Below, one piece after another: positions 56,083 through 64,000 of a stretch of 64,000 bases of DNA (its first letter is position 1; every line of letters begins with the position of its first letter). The notes under the pieces were generated by a model that saw only the letters and a list, made by a program, of their open reading frames with translations, was not told where the DNA came from and ran no database searches. The stretch is from the NCBI GenBank assembly GCA_964016885.1, contig OZ024741.1, forward strand, positions 351,540,001 through 351,604,000, written 5' to 3'. A program made the translations under genes and the position numbers. The stretch comes from Eledone cirrhosa (Eukaryota).

Positions 56083-56780
56083 TACGTGGGGTGACTGAAA
56101 AGTTTTGAACCTCAAGAAAATCAAACGAGATACAAATTTTTTTTGTTTATAGTTTTCAACATAACACCCTGCGAAGGTAATACACATGCTCAAACAGTGC
56201 TGAAGCACCTTTATCCCAGTGGGGGAAAAAACTCTTCAAATTGAAACCCTAAGAATTCCTCCACGGCCGCTATTACGACATTGTTATTGGCAAAAAGGTT
56301 GGCTAGTTGGAGTTGGTTTTGTTTTGTTTTTACAAGTTGGGAAACAAGTGGAAGTTCGAGAGGGCCAGGTCTGGGGAATAGGGTGGTTGGGGTATTGAAT
56401 GGCAATCGCTGAGGTGTAGACTGGAAATGGTGCATATTTCCATTGCTTTGACTGTTCTTTTGTTTTAGGCTGATAGTGATGAACCCAGCATTCGACCATA
56501 GTATGGAATCGAGCAAGAAAATTGTCCACGTCAGCTTCAAACAGATCCAAATTGTTCATTGTCATGGTGTGACGAATGCGCTTCTACTCAGGAGACAGAA
56601 GATGCGACACCCATCGAGCACAAATGTTTGACAAGCCAAGCTCACTCTTCCGAGACTGCTCGTTCCTATGAGATGCGCACCCAGTTTACTACTTGACGTG
56701 TAGACAAGAAATGATCTTACAGAGTAAGATCAATATTTTCCTTGATGTTGGCAGTTGATGGTCTCCCTGATCTGATCTCT
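56083..56780 (-). mobile_element. Decayed mariner element
   Basis: TA-cgtggggtgactgaaaagtttt end; WVHHYQPKTKEQSKQW. Confidence 0.8.
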
Positions 56781-56827
56781 TTCGATGCATGCAGCTGGAA
56801 CTACTGCCATCCATTGATTTGGCAGGA

Positions 56828-57527
56828 CTGGTTTTTTAACTATTGAGCGCTTGCCAGCATAACTCTGATTTTGCGTTTCGCTTCGCTTTTTTTACCCGCT
56901 GAAATGCGATTCTCGCTGAATTTATATTTGTATTAATCTCCCGAGTCTTACAATTAACCTGTTAATAATTCTATTGACAGATTAATTGCATAAGTTTATT
57001 TTAAAAACTACCCGGTTGAGTGCTTATTCGATTTGTGCTATTTATGCAATCTTTTGCATGATTTACACATAGTGAATTCATTTGCCAAAATCTGGGGGTT
57101 TTCCCCTTGTGAGTCACACATGTGCTTTTACAAAGCTTTACATCATTCACAAAGTTGATGAAGAGCAAAATACCTGTTGATAACGTGATATTCCTTGTTC
57201 GATCATTATACCAAAAGCTTATAGTTTTAAGCAGACAGTATTATTGATTTAGGTGTCATAGAAACCCTGCATTTGGATTTTACCATCAATTCCAATGGGT
57301 CCAGGTCTGTTTTTACCATTTATTTTGTTTGGCCTGTTTATCTTGATTTGTTTTTTGGCTTAAGTTGTTAATGCCTTCTTGACCACTTTTTCAGTTTGTA
57401 TGGCATTTTAACATATTGTTTAGCTCTGGTTTTTTAACTATTGACCGCTTGCCAGCATAACTCTGATTTTGCGTTTCGTTTCGCTTTTTCTACCCGCCGA
57501 AATGCGATTCTCGCTGAATTTATATTT
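56828..57527. repeat. ~102 bp direct repeats with ~598 bp period, ending at (TA)n
   Basis: 56828-56929 versus 57426-57527. Confidence 0.85.
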
Positions 57528-57528
57528 A

Positions 57529-57729
<201 letters not shown>

Positions 57730-57845
57730 GTGTGTATATATATATGTATATATATATGCATGTATATATATATATGCATGTATATATATATATATAAAAT
57801 AAACGTGCTGTGGCGTTGCTAATGGGTTACATATGAATAAAGTTA

Positions 57846-57906
57846 GTCCTTCATCAGTGATCTTCCAACCATCATTGGTATTTCATCGCTTTAAAGACCA
57901 TATACC
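57846..57906 (-). ncRNA. Candidate non-circularly permuted hammerhead (inverted-arm copy)
   Basis: Reverse complement of 58631-58691. Confidence 0.65.
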
Positions 57907-58630
57907 TCCGGTTGGTGCGAGCAACGGCTAAAAAAAGTCGTTGGGACACGTAAATAAAGGGGACAAGAGTTTGTCCCCTTTATTTACGTGTCCCAACGAC
58001 TTTTTAGTCTTTAAAGCGATGAAATACCAATGATGGTTGGAAGATCACTGATGAAGGACTAACTTTATTCATATGTAACACATTAGCAACGCCGCAGCAC
58101 GTTTATTTTCATATTTACACATATTTTTTTCCCCGCTGTTACACGACTATTTCGTTCTTACCGCTTCCTCTTTCTCTGTATCTTTACCCTCTCTAGCAGT
58201 CATTCTCTCTGTTAGCCTCTTCCTCATCCTAAACTCACTCATTCTCTGTTACTACCTCTCCTCCTCCTCCTTCTTCCCGTTTGACCTGTGCGTAATTCTT
58301 TTCTTTCGCACTCTTGGTCTGGCAGGTCGTTCTTTTTCTCTCTCTCGTCTACGATTTCACAGAACTCACGTTCACCGAAATCACAGACTAGATCCCTTCT
58401 TCCTCCCGTTAGACCTGTACGGAATTCCTTCCTTGCTTACATTCCAACCAGGTTTGATGGTCTTTATTCTCTCTCGTTCACGATTTCACCGAATTTAAAT
58501 TCATAGAAATTTGGGACTTGACTTCTTCTTCCTCACTTTTCGTTGCTCACCATTTTTGTTGTTTACACTCTTGTCCCCTTTATTTACGTGTCCCAACGAC
58601 TTTTTTTAGCCGTTGCTCGCACTAACCGGA

Positions 58631-58691
58631 GGTATATGGTCTTTAAAGCGATGAAATACCAATGATGGTTGGAAGATCACTGATGAAGGAC
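58631..58691 (+). ncRNA. Candidate non-circularly permuted hammerhead
   Basis: ggtaT-A-tggtct...GAAA-tacc...agatca-CTGATGA-aggac. Confidence 0.65.
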
Positions 58692-58866
58692 TAACTTTAT
58701 TCATATATATATATATTAGAAAGTGAGGTTTTTTTTACAAATTGAAAAATAACCGAGGTGTCCTACACGAGTGAAAGTATAAAGAAAAAGAGATGAAATC
58801 GAAAATGCAACTGGAGTCTTATTTTTATTTTTTATTTTTATTTTAAATATATATATTTATTTGGTT

Positions 58867-58904
58867 CCTTTACCGGTTTCGCAGTTCTTCTGCTTTTCAA
58901 AGTT
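58867..58904 (-). ncRNA. Minimal hammerhead motif, U3-A8 core, imperfect stem I
   Basis: aact-TTGAAAA-gcag aagaa ctgc-GAAA-ccgg-TA-aagg, then aataaa. Confidence 0.5.
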
Positions 58905-58929
58905 GAGATGGAGGGTCTGTGGTTTTTCT

Positions 58930-59003
<74 letters not shown>

Positions 59004-60154
59004 CACACACATATATATATATATATACACATACATATACACTGTACATACATACACATACATTCACAAACAAACGTGCAATCAATCCTACACACATCCA
59101 CACCCATACAGTATATACATATTTACACATTTTTGGATGGCCGTTGACTCTTATGAGTTCTTCCGCCCTTTGTTAGGTTTTGTTTTTTGTCTTACAGTGT
59201 GTCCAGAATCACCCTCCTCACCAATTAAACTTGGTGGTGTTGCCGATGACCCGACCATGCGACAGGTTTTACTGGGTTACATGTTACCAGTAGCACTCAA
59301 GAGGAACCTGGCAGTTTGCGAGTGTAAACTCGGCCGAAGAAGAAGTTAACGTAGTTCTCTGAGAGGCTGGCTCTTTGAATTACTTAAGTGTACAACTAAT
59401 TTTTGTCAGCTGAGTGGACTGGAGTTAATGACACAATGCGCCGGTGTTAAACGAGCTGGCGACATTACTATCATAAGCCGAACAGCCAAACCATTAGTCA
59501 ACACACCTCCCTTGTTTAATAGCTCACGTCATACTCACTTCCTATTTATCAAATGACTCATTGGATATATACACAAATACACAATGCATCTATCAGATGT
59601 GTTTTTACGAGATTATATATGTCTGAATCACTGTACATGTATGTATGCATGTATGTATGTATGTATGTATGTATGTATGTATGTATGTATGTATGTATGT
59701 ATGTATGTATGTATGTATGTATTATGCATGTATATATGTATGTATGCATGCATAACGAGGGGGCAGCCATCATGTATGCATGTAGGTATATATGTATGTA
59801 TATATGTATGTATATATGTATGTATGTATATATGTATGTATATATGTATATATTTATGTATGTTCTTCTGGTTTTATAATTTCACAAAATTTTTTCCCAA
59901 AAAAGAGAGAGTCGGTTTCTAACATAGACACAATACTCTCTCGTTGGAATTTACACAACATCAACTAGGTAGATTATGTATGCATGTCTGCATGTGTAGA
60001 TATGGATGTTATTGTATGTGTGGATGTGGATGTTTTGAGTTGTATGTGTGCATGTGTATATGCTTTGCATCTGTACATGTGTATATGCAGTTATTAGATG
60101 CAAAATCTTTGGAATGTTTTACATATTTTTACTGTTCCATTAATGGATTGTACT

Positions 60155-61088
60155 TGTAATTTCCTAACTAGTTGTGTTCTTTCTGTTCTTGTGAAGCCTA
60201 GCTTCTCAATATTTGTATTGAGGCAGTTACTAACATATCCCAGTGCCCCTATAATCACAGGCATAAATCTGAAGGTGTAATCAGGGTAGAAGGGTAGAGT
60301 ATCTGCAGATTTCTCATCAGTTCTGCATAAATATTCTCCTTTTCGCTAATCTTTGATATTATATTGGCATCTGCTGGGCAGCTAATTTCCTCTACTGTGC
60401 ATGTTTTCTTCTCCCTGTCCCATATCATAATATCTGGTCTGTTATGCCTGCATTTTATTGGGGTTTTTACTGTAACATTCCACCAGTACTCTTTCATATT
60501 ATGTACATGGATGTCTTCCACATTGCTGTAGCTTTTAATGTGTTTATTATCGGGGCTATCTTTTCTACGGATTGCATTGTACAGTGTTTTGGCCACTACA
60601 TCATACCTCATAGGTAGATAGTACCGCGATGACATCTTTGGACAGCTGCTGATGACATGGGTGACATCCTCGATGTTAGTTCTGCAGAGTCTGCACTTGT
60701 TATCACATCTAGGTGTTTTGCCTGCATCCCTATCTCTTTTGTGAATCAGGTATTTTGTGTTAATTTCCTGTTCTTGGATTGCAAAAGCGTATCCTTCAAA
60801 ATGGGAGCCAATAAATCTGAAGGTATAGTCAGGGTGGAGTATCTGCAGATTTCTCATTAGTTCTACATAGATATTCTCCTTTTCGCTGATCTTTGATATT
60901 ATATTAGCATCTACTGGGCAGCTAACTTCCACTACTGTGCATGCCTTCTTTTCCCTGTCCTATATCATTATATCTGGTCTGTTATGCCTGCATTTTATCA
61001 GGGTTTTTACTGGAACATTCCACCAGTACTCTTTCATATTATGTACATGTATGTCTTCCACATTGCCGTAGCTTTTCTATGGATTGCG
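60155..61088 (-). mobile_element. RLE-type (R4/Dong-like) LINE 3' fragment with an internal partial duplication
   Basis: CRLC...EDVTHVISSC, HNRPDIMIWD, EISCP; 60262-60575 is largely repeated at 60812-61088. Confidence 0.82.
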
Positions 61089-61124
61089 TATGTATGTATG
61101 TATGTATGTATGTATGTATGTATG

Positions 61125-61155
<31 letters not shown>

Positions 61156-61404
61156 TTTGTTCTCTGCGATTTAAGTTCTTTTTCGAAAAGTTCCATCCGA
61201 TTACTAAGTGACAATATTGTTTCGTTTGAGCCAAGACAGTTTCCAGAAATTTGTGAATATTTGAGTGAATAATGTTTCCATCCATGTAGAATATGTGTAG
61301 ATATACTTGCACTAATGTAATATGGGGTGAGGAGGGGACGATATCTTAGTGCACGAGTGTGTGCATGTGATTATTCTTTATGCGTGCGTTTACCACGAGC
61401 GTAA

Positions 61405-61560
61405 GGCGGTGAAACAGGATGTCGTTTAAAACGTCGGATAGAATGCTTTGCGGTATTCATTTCAGATCTCTGCGTTTAAAGTTCGAATCACGCCGAAGTT
61501 AACTTTACCTTTCATCATTTCGATAAAATAAAAGTAGCAGTCCAGAACTGAGATCGATTC
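61405..61560 (+). mobile_element. tRNA-derived SINE, family 1 (old)
   Basis: gttcgaatcacgccgaagttaactttacctttcatc. Confidence 0.6.
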
Positions 61561-61724
61561 TTCATTTATATCTCTTTCTTACTTTGTTCTTTCTCTTTCT
61601 CTGGAAGTAATCGTCGCCTCTACAAGCCCGAGTCCATCAGGGAACACTGACAATTACAGTGACAGTGTATAAGCAATCATAACATATCGCATAATGCTTC
61701 ATTGTGTGTGTGTGTATATGTATG

Positions 61725-61883
<159 letters not shown>

Positions 61884-61917
61884 ACACACACATACATACA
61901 TATATATATATATATAT

Positions 61918-62200
61918 GGAGGCACGTGGCCTAGTAGTAAGGCTGTGGGACTTACGATCATAATATTGTGGGTTCGATTCCTGGGTTGCAAGTTGTGTTC
62001 TTGAGCAAAACATTTCATTTCACGTTGCTCCAGTATACTCAGCTGAAAATGAGTACCAGCAATAGCTGGGGGTTTAACCCTGCCATGGACTGGCGTCCTG
62101 TCAAGAGGGGGAGGGGGTGTCTTGTACTCTCACTCACTTCACGCCATGAAACCGGGATAAGCACCGGTCAAATGAGCCTTCTGGCTTAAGACAGACTTTA
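61918..62200 (+). mobile_element. tRNA-derived SINE, family 2
   Basis: A box tggcctagtagtaagg and B box ggttcgattcc; inserted in (TA)n. Confidence 0.8.
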
Positions 62201-62472
62201 GACATATATATATATATATATATAGTGGCTAGGTTCACGAACTTTGTTTGGGCCTTCCCACTTATATACACGGTGATGTACACAATTAATGTATAACAAC
62301 ACACACACTCACATGTCCCCCTTGCCTAATTTTTATATTAACATTTTTTTTCTATTTTTCCACTGTACTCTCCTGGCGAAGGGCTAGTGTCCGATACGTT
62401 GAACTCGTTTTTCTCTCTTTCATCTAAGTGTGAATCTAATAACATTAATTTTTTTGTATCTCTGTGTATGCC

Positions 62473-62503
<31 letters not shown>

Positions 62504-63107
62504 ATGTATATGTATATATATATATAATAGAAATAGGATTTAGCTTCAAGCATAGCTGTAGACAGATATGTATAGAAATTTCGTATTTCTAAAGAAACAC
62601 GGTATGTTTACAGATATATATATCAATGTGTAAATTTATATACGCAGTCTCGGTTACTTCTATTCTGTATATATACAGGTATAACTTTATCATATACTTA
62701 GACAGCTTAGTGCACACCTTAATATATATCTCAACTACCCATATAAGCGCTAATGATATGCAAATTAGTATGTCCATTTCAGGATACTACTATTTTTTCA
62801 GTTTACATGGAAATATGTATATTTGGCATGCTTACAGATCTAAAATGTGTATGTAGCTTTATATACTCATTTATTGTATACTAACAGAGGTACCCGACAA
62901 TGCCTAGGTATTTTATGAAAGTATTTTGGCACATATTACAAAATATTGGACCAATGAAATATGATTGCTGTATTTTAACTTAATTAGGAATTATAGTAGA
63001 ATATTTATTGTTGCTTGTTCAAAGAAAATCATCTAGATAACAATATTAGTTTTGTCCAGTGGTGTTGTTTTGAATATTATTCCCTATTACAGTCAGTATA
63101 TATAATT

Positions 63108-63292
63108 GTTTCTACTCTAGGCACAAGGCCAGCAATTACCCAGTGCATTACTGGTACTTTATTTTATCGACCCCGTAGGGATGAAAGGCAAAGTCAACCT
63201 TGGCGAGATTTGAACTCAGATCGTAAAGGGACGTAACTATGCTGGAAAGCATGGCGTACGACCCTCCACCGATACTGCCAATCCACCGCCAG
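63108..63292 (-). mobile_element. tRNA-derived SINE, family 1
   Basis: Near-identical reverse complement of 28013-28200. Confidence 0.8.
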
Positions 63293-64000
63293 TATATATA
63301 ATGCTTAGATGAATCATTAGGTATGTTGTCAGTTTAAAGGACATGAACAAAAAAACATTTAGATTTATCTTCTTATTTTTTTGTGCATTCAGAACCTCTG
63401 AAATTCAAAACAATACCTGAAGCCTATTTTGAAAACCATAAATAAAATGAAATAAAAAAAATAATGTTAGCATTGGCTCATGAATGAACTATTATGAAGC
63501 ATTTACTTACTCATTTCTGTAATTCAGGAAAGTGTGCTTAGATTTTTATACTGTAGCTTTCACTCACCTTTACCTCAAAGGCAGTAGGATCGTGTTTGAG
63601 GGAGATTTGTTTTCTATTTCTGTTGGCTCCCATAACATACATACATGCACATATATGCGTGTGTGTGTAAGACAGTTGGCTGTGATTTGAAAGGGATTTT
63701 GCTAATGTTTCTAGTAGATTGAGTATTACATAGAACATTTCCTTTTTGCTTCATACATATATACATACATGAGACAGTAGGGTGAGATTTGAAGGAAATG
63801 TGGATGTTATTTCTAGCAGGTGTAGCTAGCTACCACACAAAGATCTCACTTATACTATTTTATATAGCAGAAATACCCAGGAATACTTGCATATTCTCAC
63901 AAAGCAACACTATACACTAAAGTTGCGACTTCAGAATTTCTTACAAACTATATGACTAAGGAATTAGGATCTGTGTGTATTGTCATTGAATGAGGAATTA

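Larger units (their letters stand above)
57796..58706. mobile_element. Non-coding PLE-like insertion: an inverted arm plus a ~600 bp unit with a terminal direct repeat, (TA)n flanks
   Basis: 57796-57966 is inverted relative to 57971-58109; 58568-58706 repeats directly. Confidence 0.85.

Noticed and set aside
58631-58691. HDV-like or pistol ribozyme fold for the conserved motif
   Set aside because: No P3/L3/P1.1 or pistol stems could be formed in both copies; the hammerhead register explains all stem substitutions.
61918-61985. tRNA gene
   Set aside because: A and B boxes continue into a repeated SINE body; no complete cloverleaf.
62879-62912. Minus-strand Helitron 3' end
   Set aside because: Hairpin and CTAG are too degenerate to support.

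Overview
Repeat-only, AT/microsatellite-rich eukaryotic window with no recognisable host gene. The repeat types suggest an invertebrate, possibly a coleoid cephalopod (inference). It contains many Penelope-like element (PLE) fragments, one near full-length PLE (45037-50274), two Tx1/L1-clade LINEs inserted in (ATT)n, two Gypsy LTR elements nested in a LINE and in a Tigger transposon, and Helitrons, mariner, RTE and R4/Dong-type fragments and tRNA-derived SINEs. The main hidden signal is RNA structure: about 20 hammerhead-ribozyme (HHR) motifs read by eye at PLE-type ends next to (TA)n tracts. These include a covariation-supported, non-circularly permuted (cleavage site - GAAA - CUGAUGA) hammerhead shared by two otherwise unalignable repeats (10510-10570; 57846-57906 and 58631-58691), U3-A8 core variants, and a ~180-bp HHR-only mini-element. 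All folds and alignments were done manually and nothing was searched or tested.
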